Below, in pieces: positions 1 through 9,242 of a DNA stretch of 32,000 nucleotides. This DNA comes from Erysipelotrichaceae bacterium (lineage in GTDB: Bacteria; Bacillota_I; Bacilli_A; Erysipelotrichales; Erysipelotrichaceae), in the NCBI GenBank assembly GCA_963663995.1, contig OY760660.1, positions 1,290,001 through 1,322,000 of the forward strand, given 5' to 3'. The notes beneath the pieces were generated by a model. It was not told the origin of the DNA. It saw only the letters and a list, made by a program, of their open reading frames with translations, and did no database searches. The position numbers were made by a program, and so were the translations under genes. Within the stretch, counting starts at the first letter, position 1. The number at the start of each line of letters is the position of its first letter.

Positions 1-1050
1 ATAATCCTCTAAATGTTTTTTATATTCATCTTCTTCAATTCCAAATTCTTGTAATGTTTTTGGAAATTTCAACTCATCATAGAGTTCCCATAAACGATCT
101 CTAAATTTGATTTGATCAGTTTGACCAGTGGATTCAATACCCAGTTGACTTAACAATGAATCAAAGACAGGATGTGGCATTAAACTTTCCAATGTGTAAG
201 GTAATACCATGCCTGTAATAAGTCCATGAGGTAAATGGAAATCTTCTCCTGGTGTATTCAAATCATGAGCTAAACCACAGCCACCATGATTAATTCCAAA
301 GCCAGCAAACATTGATGCGATATGAACACGCGCTCTCGCATCTGTATCTCCTGCCACTGATTTAGGTAAATCATTGATTAATGTCACAATGGATTGAATA
401 CATAAGAATTGTGTGACTGGATCAGTAATCACATCCGTTGCGGCCTCTAAGGCATGGGCTATCGCATCAAGTCCTGAATAGATAATGACTTTAGCAGGAA
501 GTGTTTTTAAGAATGTAAAATCTAAGATGGCTACATCTGGTAAGACTTCATTGGTTAAAATCATTTTTTTCTTGCCATTTTCATCAATAAGCATGGCTGC
601 TCCTGTCATTTCAGATCCTGTACCACTAGTGGTAGGACAAGCAATTAGTTTTGTATTCCCAGGTCTTTTCTCAACTTGGTAAAACTTCATCGCATCTGTC
701 CACGTTAAGTGCGGAAGTTCTAAAAACAACAATAGGGTTTTAGCAGTATCAATGACAGAGCCTCCACCTATCGCAATGATTTCATCAGGCTGATAGTCTT
801 TCATATCAGCCATGAATGACTCCATCATGTCTTTAGAAGGTTCTCTTGATATAACCGCAATGATCTTTGCAGATCGTTCTTTGTATATCTCATCAAAGAG
901 TTTTTGATTTAATGCTTTATCAGCTTCTACAACATCACTCACCACGAACGCTGTCTTCTTTGCGCTTGAGTTTTTACAGTAATCAAGTAGTGCATTATCT
1001 CCAGATATTAGCTGTCCAGCTGCGTATTGTTTTATTGGATTTGACATCAT
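1..1050 (-). CDS. Iron-containing (group III) alcohol dehydrogenase; C-terminal end runs off the window
   Basis: My own minus-strand translation from the ATG at 1050 gives MMSNPIKQYAAGQLISGDN...DEIIAIGGGSVIDTAK...ACPTTSGTGSE...LDAIAHALEA...HGGCGLAHD...FHLPHGL. These are the GGGSxxD nucleotide-binding motif and His-rich metal motifs of Fe-ADHs. The start overlaps the upstream stop (TAATG). It is absent from the ORF track because it is open at the window edge. Confidence 0.85.
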   Translation of the reverse strand, partial: MMSNPIKQYAAGQLISGDNALLDYCKNSSAKKTAFVVSDVVEADKALNQKLFDEIYKERSAKIIAVISREPSKDMMESFMADMKDYQPDEIIAIGGGSVIDTAKTLLLFLELPHLTWTDAMKFYQVEKRPGNTKLIACPTTSGTGSEMTGAAMLIDENGKKKMILTNEVLPDVAILDFTFLKTLPAKVIIYSGLDAIAHALEAATDVITDPVTQFLCIQSIVTLINDLPKSVAGDTDARARVHIASMFAGFGINHGGCGLAHDLNTPGEDFHLPHGLITGMVLPYTLESLMPHPVFDSLLSQLGIESTGQTDQIKFRDRLWELYDELKFPKTLQEFGIEEDEYKKHLEDY

Positions 1051-1841
1051 TATTTATTCAAAATCCCAATCGCTTCTTTAGCACTTGCGCCACTATGGAC
1101 AACAGCCGCTATCGCTGCACACATTTTGTCAGGTGTTGGATGTTTCCAAACATTACGCCCGACAATGACACCAGCTGCACCTGATTCAAGTGCATCACTA
1201 ATATCTTGGAAAAATTTTTCTAAATCTTTTGTTGGATTACCACCTAACATAAAGACTGGTTGGAAACAAGAATCACAAAGAACTTTAAAACTATCTTTAT
1301 CACCGGTATACGCCGTCTTGATGAAATCAGCACCTCTTTCACAACCAATGCGAGCAGCATCAATTAGATTTTGAGGTGTACGGATATCATCAAATTTATC
1401 AAACTCGAATCCTCTAGGAAGTGTTTCAGCCGCAACTGGGAAGTTCCACTTTAATCCTTCACGAACCAAAGTCCCTAAGTTGTTGGCTGTTGCTTCTTCA
1501 TGGGTTGCTCCTGGAAAATCCATCGTTAATATGGCATCTGCACCAACTTTAATTGCATCTTCAACATGATTAATGAGTTGGAATGGTGCACCATTTACAT
1601 TTAAATGGGTGATTCCACCATCTGCTCTCAATAGAAGAGTTTTGTGTTTAATCGCATCTGCAAAATTCATTGCGATTCCGATTGATGCGAGAAAACCATC
1701 TGCACCACCATTAACACATTTTGTTAAGACATCTGCTGTGTCTTTAAGACCCGGTAAACATGAGCCTCCGTAACCTTGATCAACCGCGACGATAAAAGCC
1801 TTACCGTCTGGTTCTAAAATATTGTACATTCTACGTTTCAT
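1050..1841 (-). CDS. Class I aldolase of the DhnA/FbaB - DeoC/LacD superfamily (substrate unknown)
   Basis: 263 aa. It has a TIM-barrel aldolase-like pattern with FIKTAYTG (candidate Schiff-base Lys) and the C-terminal GAAGVIVGRNVW phosphate-binding motif. It is translationally coupled to the downstream ADH. Confidence 0.75.
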   Translation of the reverse strand: MKRRMYNILEPDGKAFIVAVDQGYGGSCLPGLKDTADVLTKCVNGGADGFLASIGIAMNFADAIKHKTLLLRADGGITHLNVNGAPFQLINHVEDAIKVGADAILTMDFPGATHEEATANNLGTLVREGLKWNFPVAAETLPRGFEFDKFDDIRTPQNLIDAARIGCERGADFIKTAYTGDKDSFKVLCDSCFQPVFMLGGNPTKDLEKFFQDISDALESGAAGVIVGRNVWKHPTPDKMCAAIAAVVHSGASAKEAIGILNK

Positions 1842-1871
1842 TGTGATTCCTCATTTCTACTAAACTTTTAA

Positions 1872-3467
1872 TTAAGCTAGGATACCTAAATATCCACCAA
1901 CGATACCTAATACAACTAACATCAACATAACTTTGACAGGTGTGAATTTCTTGTCTAATAATTTGTAAACTCCAAAGGTTAATAAGAGTGGTAACATACC
2001 CGGCAAGATCGAATCAAAGAGTTGTTCTTGTAAGGAGAATGTCCATTCACCATTTTGGAAAACAATACCTGTTGAAATATATACATAGTTCGCAACTAAA
2101 CCACCGATAACAATCGTACCCATGACTTTAGAAGCATCAATAATCTTATTAATTAATCCACTTTCAAGTAAATTAACAATCGCATCAGATCCTTTTTCAT
2201 AACCTAAGAAGAAGAGGTAGTAACCAAGTCCCCAAATAATGACAACAGCGAGTACTGAGTAAAGGATTGGCGCTAAAATATTCCCTTCAGCAGCCATACC
2301 CATAAAGAAGGCTAATAATAGTGGGATGATAACACCTTGAGTAATTGTGTCACCAATACCTGCTAATGGACCCATTAAGGATGACTTAACGGCTGTAATC
2401 ATGGATTCATCAATTTCTGAAGCACCTTGATAACGTTGTTCTTCCATCGCAATTGCAACACCCGTAATGATGCCACCTACTTGCGGTGATGTATTAAAGA
2501 AACCTGTATGACGCATCATCGCTTCTGATGCACCTTGTTGATCATCTTTGTATAAACGTTTAAAGACTGGAACGAGTGCATGTAGGAAACCAAATCCCAT
2601 CATACGTTCGTAGTTGTAACAACTCATCGCATGTACATTCCAGTTAAAGAATGCCCAATTTAAGTCTTTCTTCGTTAAGATACGTTCTGCTCTATCACCT
2701 TCAGAAACTTTGAATAAATCTAAGTTAAATTTTTCTCCATGAGATTTGTACTGTAAATAAATACCTGTTAGTACAATCGCAATTAAACCAATTTGAATCA
2801 TGTCTAGCGCTGCGTATTGAACCAATAAGAAGCCTAAGAAAAAGTAAATTTTCGCATCACCTTGGTAAACTGATTTTAAAAGCAAACCTAAACCTAATGC
2901 CGGTAACATACCACCTAAGATAATCATGATCCCAAGTACTGTATCACCTAGGTAGTAAAGAATACCTGTAATAAAGTCTGCCCCGTAATAAACAATGAAG
3001 AAAGCTGGGAAGAATGAAATAACAAATAATAATAGTTGAGGAAGTAAGAAATCAGCTATCCAGAAATTCTTGAGATCCCCCTTTGCTGCTAACTTGTCGG
3101 CGTATGGAACAAATATTTGTGTGAGTGATAAACGACCAAACCACATAAATGCCCCTAATAATCCAACAGATACTGCTACAGCTAATGCTGCATTAACATC
3201 TAGACCACTTGTAATAACGAGTGTGGTACCAACAACACCAGCTAAACAAGGATCACCAGGTAATGATCCACCTGCAGAAATAAATCCGAGGTACATCAAG
3301 TTGATTGAGCCCCCAATGATTGTCCCTTGAACAGGATCACCGAGTACTAAACCAGTTAGAAAACCTGCAACAAGTGGACGATAGAGAGTGAAGAATCCTA
3401 CAGCCGCTGCTGTCCCGTTTCCTAAGTAATAAATTAAACCAATTAATACTGCTTGAAATAATGTCAT
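1872..3467 (-). CDS. PTS mannose/fructose/sorbose-family EIIC-EIID fusion protein
   Basis: 531-aa uninterrupted ORF. The N-terminal ~240 aa resemble ManY-type IIC (LVLGDPVQGTIIGGSINLMYLG). Residues ~265-531 carry ManZ-type IID hallmarks: NWNVHAMSCYNYERMMGFGFLHALVPVFKRLY, FFNTSPQVGG, LMGPLAGIGD, MLPLLLTF. Confidence 0.85.
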   Translation of the reverse strand: MTLFQAVLIGLIYYLGNGTAAAVGFFTLYRPLVAGFLTGLVLGDPVQGTIIGGSINLMYLGFISAGGSLPGDPCLAGVVGTTLVITSGLDVNAALAVAVSVGLLGAFMWFGRLSLTQIFVPYADKLAAKGDLKNFWIADFLLPQLLLFVISFFPAFFIVYYGADFITGILYYLGDTVLGIMIILGGMLPALGLGLLLKSVYQGDAKIYFFLGFLLVQYAALDMIQIGLIAIVLTGIYLQYKSHGEKFNLDLFKVSEGDRAERILTKKDLNWAFFNWNVHAMSCYNYERMMGFGFLHALVPVFKRLYKDDQQGASEAMMRHTGFFNTSPQVGGIITGVAIAMEEQRYQGASEIDESMITAVKSSLMGPLAGIGDTITQGVIIPLLLAFFMGMAAEGNILAPILYSVLAVVIIWGLGYYLFFLGYEKGSDAIVNLLESGLINKIIDASKVMGTIVIGGLVANYVYISTGIVFQNGEWTFSLQEQLFDSILPGMLPLLLTFGVYKLLDKKFTPVKVMLMLVVLGIVGGYLGILA

Positions 3468-3483
3468 ATTAATATTTCCTTTC

Positions 3484-3960
3484 CTATATTAGTTTTGATA
3501 TATCAGTTGATTTTTCAGCAGGTACGATCTGATATTCAACTGTGCAGCCAGATTCAATTAATCTCTTAAAACATTCATTTTCCTCTGCACTAGAGAAAAC
3601 ATTTCTTATTAATTTTTTGCGTTCATGATTAGAGCCCATTCCTCCAAGAATGACAGAATTAATAGAAACACCTAATCCTTTTAAATTTTCTATAACTTGA
3701 GGGATTTTAACTAGAATAATGACATTATGATCATGACCATCATCAGCCTTTAAATATTCAACTGCATCCGGTTCATTTGTAATTTCAACATTTAAACCAG
3801 TCGGTGCAGCTGCCTTGTATATTCTTTGCATCATTGAATTTTTTGATAGTGAATCATCTACAATCAACACGGTGTCGCACTTAATATGTTTAACCCATGC
3901 GGTTATGACCTGACCATGAATAAGTCGATCATCAATTCTTGTAAGTACAATGTTCTTCAT
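3484..3960 (-). CDS. PTS mannose-family EIIB component
   Basis: The N-terminus MKNIVLTRIDDRLIHGQV carries the RIDxRLIHGQV phospho-His motif of EIIB-Man/Sor. 158 aa, a typical size. Confidence 0.9.
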   Translation of the reverse strand: MKNIVLTRIDDRLIHGQVITAWVKHIKCDTVLIVDDSLSKNSMMQRIYKAAAPTGLNVEITNEPDAVEYLKADDGHDHNVIILVKIPQVIENLKGLGVSINSVILGGMGSNHERKKLIRNVFSSAEENECFKRLIESGCTVEYQIVPAEKSTDISKLI

Positions 3961-3962
3961 TT

Positions 3963-4370
3963 TTAGTTCTCCTTTTCACATAACAAATCATTGACATAGA
4001 CAAAGGTTTTAGGACCTTCGTTTTTTAGATAATCACACAACTCGTATAAATCCCGATGTTGTCGCGAGGTTAAAACTTCAAGAAGGATTGGCAGGTTAAT
4101 ACCTGAGAAATGATTAAATTCATAACCCTCTGATTGACAAACTATTGTATTAAATGGTGTGCCATACATAATGTCAGTGAAGACAAGAAATGGTCCGTTT
4201 TTGGATGCATTTTCTAAAATCATTGAGATCTCATTTTGAAAATCTTCTAGATTGCATCCCGCGCTTAAACAAGCTGTGTGTATTCTTTCTTGTTCCCCAG
4301 CAATCAATTCAGCACTTTCAACGATTGCTTTACTAAATTCACCATGCGATACGATTACGACATCAAACAT
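3963..4370 (-). CDS. PTS mannose-family EIIA component
   Basis: MFDVVIVSHGEFSKAIVESAELIAG has the N-terminal hhVSHG phospho-His motif of EIIA-Man. 135 aa, first gene of the operon. Confidence 0.85.
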   Translation of the reverse strand: MFDVVIVSHGEFSKAIVESAELIAGEQERIHTACLSAGCNLEDFQNEISMILENASKNGPFLVFTDIMYGTPFNTIVCQSEGYEFNHFSGINLPILLEVLTSRQHRDLYELCDYLKNEGPKTFVYVNDLLCEKEN

Positions 4371-4543
4371 AACTACCTTCCCTCTAATTCATTAATGAAT
4401 AATCCTTACGAATCTTATTATTATTGGTCGAATTTTATGGGTCAACTTATAAAAAAAACAGAATTTTATCTATATCTGTGTAATTTAAATCATTGATTTT
4501 TAAGTTTTTTTTTATTAATTATCAGGTTTTGATACGATGAATA

Positions 4544-4638
4544 TACACACTAACAATTCTTTTTAATAACTGTGTACTTATTTAATGATTTTTACACACT
4601 TACTGTATGCAAATATGAGATATTTTCATTAGTGTGTA
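4544..4638. promoter_or_regulatory. Cluster of four TACACA/TGTGTA hexamer sites in the divergent PTS / regulator intergenic region (candidate operator)
   Basis: TACACACTA at 4544-4552 (+), TGTGTA at 4571-4576, TACACACTTA at 4593-4602 (+), TAGTGTGTA at 4630-4638 (reverse complement TACACACTA). Sites 2/3 and 3/4 form inverted repeats. No protein-binding data. Confidence 0.35.
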
Positions 4639-4705
4639 AAAATTTATGAACAATTGACACCAACTTTTAATGATAATTTTGTATTCTTTGAATAAAGGGG
4701 TAATA

Positions 4706-7114
4706 ATGTCTAGAAAATTAAGCAAAAGAGAATCAGAAGTTTTGAATCATATTATTAAACATACTAGTAATACATTGAAGTCTAAGGACTTCAATTCTTT
4801 AGGTCTTAATGCTTATGATATGAGTCTTGATATAAATACCGATCGTGCTAATTTGTCGCGAACTTTAAATAATTTAACACGAGATGGTTTTTTAATTAAA
4901 TTATTAGGCAGGCCAACTTCTTTTATTTCTCGAAGGACAATTGAACAATTTTATCCTGATGTCTTTTTTCCAGAAATCTTGGATAAGAAAACGGATTTTA
5001 AAAAATTAGTAAACGATAGTAGAACGGTTATAGATCCAAGCACTGATCCTTTCTCAAACTTAATTGGTCATAATAAAAATGAAAGTTTAGGAGAAATTGT
5101 TTCACAGATTAAATCTTCAATTGATTATCCACCACATGGACTACCAATTATTCTTTATGGTGAAGCATTCACAGGAAAAAGGTTACTTGTTCAGTCCGCT
5201 ATTGATTATAGTGTTAAGCGGAAATTATTGAAGAATCAAAAACATGTTTATTGGATTGACTGTTTAAATTTAACGAATGAGAACGAATTATTCAATCTCA
5301 TTAATCGATTCGTACGTAATGATAAAGATTTCAAATTCTTAATCATCCAAGATTTTGACATACTCACTGAAGTCGCTCGTCAACGACTTAAATCCATAAT
5401 TATCAATCAAGCAATATATGATTACGAATCACAAAACATTCATCCACTCAACGCAAATCTTTTCTTAGTCACACAAAAAGATTTGGAATTTATTCATAAA
5501 TTCCATTTTGAACAAATCATCCCCACAATCGTAAAGATGCCTTCTTTTGATGATCGAAATTTAAAGGAAAAAATAACTTTCATTTTATCAATGTTTCAAA
5601 CAGAATCTCGAAATATTAATCGCAATATAAAAGTAACCCGCAATATAATAAATTGTTTTGCATTATCATCTTTCCCCGGAAATTTAGATCATTTAAAAAT
5701 TGAAATAAAAAACGCCATTTTAAATTATTTTGAAAGTCCAAGTAATGATAAGCCTACTATTGAACTTGATTTTGAACACTTATCTGATCAATTACTAAAT
5801 AGAATCACTAATGTAAATAATCAAATTCAAGAACTAGAAAATCTATATGAAGTTTTTAACATATCTCATGTTATCTTAAGTCCAAACGCTGATTGCGTAG
5901 AATTAAGACGATTGCAGCAGCAAGAATTATATTCTATTAACAATCAAATTAAAGTTATAAAAAGTAATCATGTGCCTGACGTACAGTCGCTGACTCAAAT
6001 TTGTAAGATATGTATCCAAGAGGCAGAAAACATTAAATTTGACACACTTAGATCAAAAACAATAAGTGAGCTTTATGATTTGATTACTGAGGATTTAGAG
6101 TCAACCGGGCTTACAAGTAATGATCACTTATACTATGGTTTACTCAATCATATTAACCATGTTGTTGAATCATTGAAATCAAAAAACTATCATTCAATCT
6201 ATCAAGATGACTTTCCATCTTCTGATATTATAATGATTGACTTAGCAGAAAAGATAAATCAAAAGTTAGAATCACACTTTAAAATCAACATACCTAGACA
6301 AGAGATTAGATATATTATTGTGTATTTATCTCTAGCAAAACAATTAGTAGATGATTGTAGAATCTCAATCCTCGTTATGTGCCGTTTATCAAGAGTGTCT
6401 GAGAGTTATACAAAGTTTATTAAAGCTTTGAACAATCAAATCAAATGCGAGAATTTTGAATATAACTTTTTTGACTTTGCCTTAAAAAAAGAATCTTTTA
6501 TAAATGCGCTCAAGGAAAAGATATATGAATTGAATTCTGGTAAAGGAGTTCTAATTGTCTCGGATGAATTAATTCCCAGTGACGTTGAAAAAACAATTCA
6601 CTCAATTAGTGAGAACTGTCTCTTAATTCCCAATATTACAATTTCTAAAATGGAGAAAATCGTTAGCACTTGTCAAAACAAACATAGTTTGATTGGTGAC
6701 TTCTTACCATATATTGAAGAATATACAGCTATAAATAGTGATAAAGACATCGAGAACTTTGATTTACTAGATTTAATCGAAAATGAACTGCTTGGAAAAT
6801 CGTTAACCTTTTTAAACCCACACAAAATTTCTGAACTTTCATTTGAGGTGCTAGCGAAAATTATAAAAGATCTTGATATCGCCTATAGTGATATACTTGC
6901 GATTCGTTTTGTATCTCATACATCATACATGTGTGAAAGAGTAATACGTGGCGATCAACTTGTACATAAAAAAATGAATGACTTTATCAATCAAAACGGT
7001 AAGTATCTACATATTATCGAGAATCATTTTTCATTAATAAACGATGCGTTTGGAATTATTATTCCACAAAGTGAACTAATTTATCTTACAGAATTATTCT
7101 TAGATTTTATGTAA
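4706..7114 (+). CDS. LevR-like PTS operon regulator: N-terminal wHTH, degenerate P-loop/AAA-like module, PRD domains and an EIIA-Man-like insert
   Basis: The start is moved to the ATG at 4706, which follows AAAGGGG; the track start at 4670 has no SD. The HTH is ANLSRTLNNLTRDGFLIKLLGRPTSF. The Walker A-like motif is YGEAFTGKR and the Walker B-like motif is FLIIQDFD. No GAFTGA loop lies between them. PRD-like segments include NHINHVVESL...RYIIVYLSLAKQ and, at the C-terminus, RFVSHTSYMCERVIRG...SELIYLTELF. Confidence 0.65.
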   Translation: MSRKLSKRESEVLNHIIKHTSNTLKSKDFNSLGLNAYDMSLDINTDRANLSRTLNNLTRDGFLIKLLGRPTSFISRRTIEQFYPDVFFPEILDKKTDFKKLVNDSRTVIDPSTDPFSNLIGHNKNESLGEIVSQIKSSIDYPPHGLPIILYGEAFTGKRLLVQSAIDYSVKRKLLKNQKHVYWIDCLNLTNENELFNLINRFVRNDKDFKFLIIQDFDILTEVARQRLKSIIINQAIYDYESQNIHPLNANLFLVTQKDLEFIHKFHFEQIIPTIVKMPSFDDRNLKEKITFILSMFQTESRNINRNIKVTRNIINCFALSSFPGNLDHLKIEIKNAILNYFESPSNDKPTIELDFEHLSDQLLNRITNVNNQIQELENLYEVFNISHVILSPNADCVELRRLQQQELYSINNQIKVIKSNHVPDVQSLTQICKICIQEAENIKFDTLRSKTISELYDLITEDLESTGLTSNDHLYYGLLNHINHVVESLKSKNYHSIYQDDFPSSDIIMIDLAEKINQKLESHFKINIPRQEIRYIIVYLSLAKQLVDDCRISILVMCRLSRVSESYTKFIKALNNQIKCENFEYNFFDFALKKESFINALKEKIYELNSGKGVLIVSDELIPSDVEKTIHSISENCLLIPNITISKMEKIVSTCQNKHSLIGDFLPYIEEYTAINSDKDIENFDLLDLIENELLGKSLTFLNPHKISELSFEVLAKIIKDLDIAYSDILAIRFVSHTSYMCERVIRGDQLVHKKMNDFINQNGKYLHIIENHFSLINDAFGIIIPQSELIYLTELFLDFM

Positions 7115-7263
7115 TATGATTTACTTTTTAAAGATATACAGTCCGTAAAAAAATTTAAAAAAACGTTAGATCATTGTATTTCAATTAAGTAAAAGTACAT
7201 AAAAGCATATTTGTTGTATCTAGTATTTTAAAGAATTAGTCTTATATGTAGGAGAATTAACTT

Positions 7264-7683
7264 ATGAAACTATGGAAATCTGCTTTTGCCTATTTATTGG
7301 CTGGACTATTCTTTGGATTATACTTTAGAGAAATCACTAAAATTTATATGTTTGATGGTGAGACAGTACTAACTAGTCTTCACACTCATGCCTTAGTCTT
7401 AGGAATGATGATGTCTTTGATTATGATTCTATTTGAAGGGGTCTATCAAGCAAGCAAAGAAAAAGGCTTTAATAAAGCCTGGATCATCTATCAAATAGGT
7501 GTATGGTGGTTACTTATCATGAACTTAGTACGAGGTACTGTTGAAGTCACAGGTAACAACATATCAACTGGATTAGATATGAGTATAGCTGGTATTGCTG
7601 GTTTATCACATGTCACCTTATCAATTGGATTAATATGGTTATTACTGGTTATTAAAAAATCAATCAGTCATAAATTAAGCTAG
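7264..7683 (+). CDS. DUF2871-like small integral membrane protein
   Basis: 139 aa with four predicted TM helices. The N-terminal pattern AFAYLLAGLFFGLYFREITK...LTSLHTHALVLGMM matches my memory of DUF2871. AGGAG lies upstream. Confidence 0.55.
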   Translation: MKLWKSAFAYLLAGLFFGLYFREITKIYMFDGETVLTSLHTHALVLGMMMSLIMILFEGVYQASKEKGFNKAWIIYQIGVWWLLIMNLVRGTVEVTGNNISTGLDMSIAGIAGLSHVTLSIGLIWLLLVIKKSISHKLS

Positions 7684-7698
7684 TCACAACATGCTTTG

Positions 7699-7729
7699 GA
7701 CTGCCAACATAATGTTTGCAGTCTTTTTT
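7699..7729 (+). terminator. Rho-independent terminator after the DUF2871 gene
   Basis: GACTGC (7699-7704) pairs with GCAGTC (7718-7723), followed by TTTTTT (7724-7729). Confidence 0.7.
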
Positions 7730-7875
7730 ATTATTTTGATAAATAAAAGGTATTAATATCCCTTAAAAATTGATTGCGACAATTCATCATTAAATAGTTT
7801 AATTTGAGGTCGACATAATTGTTGCACAGAACAATACATGTTGATATTTACTATATCTAGCTATCATATATGTTT

Positions 7876-7904
7876 AAAAAAGGAGGAAGCGACTAGCTTT
7901 CTCC
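7876..7904 (-). terminator. Rho-independent terminator after the lipoprotein gene
   Basis: The minus strand reads GGAGAAAGC-tagtc-GCTTCCTCC (8 of 9 bp paired) followed by TTTTTT (the A-run at 7876-7881 on the + strand). Confidence 0.6.
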
Positions 7905-7922
7905 CATTGTTTAATCAATAGA

Positions 7923-8804
7923 TTAATAGTGTATTTCGTAATACCCATCTTCATTGACTGTTTCTGAAACTTTAGTGTTTGAATTGAGATTAACAGCAGG
8001 TCTAACGCCAACACTATTGAAATCTGCAAAATCACTCGCAAAGAAGCCACTATCATAAACAACACCCTCTGTACGATAACCATAATCGACAGGTGATCGT
8101 GTCCAATATTCTTCACCATAGGACTGATCAGGAAAATTAGTGACTCTTAAATTATCTTCTGCGCCAATAAAATACTCCCATGTTCTTCCGATTTCGTATG
8201 TTGACTCATGCACAGTATCACCAAGCTCTGTATTTGAAGGAATAAAGACTAGATCATCACTCGTATAACTTGTCATCAAATCAAAATCGTAATTGTCTAA
8301 TGTAGTCATCAGAAGTGCATTTTTGAAATTATCTGAAAAAACAGAATAGAACCCGGTGCCCTCATGGGGAGTTGTTGAATTTAGCCAAGGTCTTAATCCA
8401 ACTGGAGAAGTTGAACCACTATTCCCCCAATGATTTCGTCCAGCTAACAAACCAGAATCGATAGTACTCTCATCATAACTAAAGTAAGCTATGAGTTTTT
8501 CACTTAATAAAGTCACACCACTGCCGTAATGATCTTTTGCGACCACAATCCATGTCACACTTTGGGTCACATTAGCGTCAAAATCAGTGTAGCCAAATCC
8601 TCTTTTAAAAGTCCATTCCCAACTAGGATCAACCACTTTATCCCCAATCGATAATGAACTTAACAATTTATCGCTTGAAGAAGTTTCATTTGATGATTCA
8701 TTGCTTTCTGTCTCAAGGGAATTAGAGTTTGAGGTGCAAGCACTAAACATCATCGATAATAAAATAAACAACAGATATGATTTTTTAAGAAATGCTTTTT
8801 TCAT
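7923..8804 (-). CDS. Secreted lipoprotein, possibly DUF6273-like
   Basis: The start is set at the ATG at 8804, which follows AAGGAGA. The signal peptide plus lipobox-like sequence is MKKAFLKKSYLLFILLSMMFSAC, followed by a Ser/Asn-rich linker. The C-terminal YWTRSP...SVGVRPAVNL motif resembles DUF6273 from memory. Confidence 0.6.
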   Translation of the reverse strand: MKKAFLKKSYLLFILLSMMFSACTSNSNSLETESNESSNETSSSDKLLSSLSIGDKVVDPSWEWTFKRGFGYTDFDANVTQSVTWIVVAKDHYGSGVTLLSEKLIAYFSYDESTIDSGLLAGRNHWGNSGSTSPVGLRPWLNSTTPHEGTGFYSVFSDNFKNALLMTTLDNYDFDLMTSYTSDDLVFIPSNTELGDTVHESTYEIGRTWEYFIGAEDNLRVTNFPDQSYGEEYWTRSPVDYGYRTEGVVYDSGFFASDFADFNSVGVRPAVNLNSNTKVSETVNEDGYYEIHY

Positions 8805-9123
8805 TATTACAAATCTCCTTTTAATCACATATTAGCATAGAAAAAGTAGTGCCAAAAAAGTTGAATTACAAAAGTTAAAACTTATTAAAAAATAAAGTTT
8901 AATAAGCATATTTATAGCTATTTTTAAGGAACTAAAAAACAATTAATGTATTAAAATTTACTAAGTAATAAGATTTAAATAAAGAAAACAGTGCTTTATT
9001 TAAGACATATATTAGACTTGAGCTTTGCTGGGATTGTAATATTAGTTTAGGAATTAATTTTGTCTTTTTACTCATCGTTAATAAGCAATCATTAAATAAG
9101 ACTTATACGAGTATAATTGATGT

Positions 9124-9237
9124 ATGAGTTTAAGTCATCGTTTGTTTAACACAACAATAAAGAAGTTTTTTAATAAAAAGATTTATTTAAAAGAAGCTTA
9201 TTCAAATCATTCTTTTAAGATGCCTTTAGCATTCATT
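9124..9237 (+). pseudogene. 5' fragment of an alpha/beta-hydrolase (HSL-type esterase) gene separated from its body by IS insertions
   Basis: The open frame MSLSHRLFNTTIKKFFNKKIYLKEAYSNHSFKMPLAFI runs straight into the IS junction. It is in frame with the 3' fragment once the 8-bp duplication CATTCATT (9230-9237 and 12044-12051) is collapsed. Confidence 0.6.
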
Positions 9238-9242
9238 GGTAG

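Noticed and set aside
485-3330. Track ORFs 485-682, 867-1184, 1126-1374, 1573-1773 and 3070-3330 on the + strand
   Set aside because: All lie antisense inside strongly supported minus-strand genes (Fe-ADH, aldolase, PTS IICD). Their products are low-complexity or Pro/Ser-rich, and none has an RBS.
4531-4545. Possible catabolite-responsive element (cre) TGATACGATGAATA upstream of the PTS operon
   Set aside because: It matches the cre consensus TGWAANCGNTNWCA poorly: the central CG is present but the half-site symmetry is weak. This is not enough to call.
4371-4705. Sigma-54 (-24/-12) promoter upstream of the PTS operon, expected for a LevR-type regulator
   Set aside because: I scanned both strands for TGGCAC-N5-TTGC(A/T) or close variants and found none. 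This is reported instead as evidence that the regulator is sigma-54 independent.
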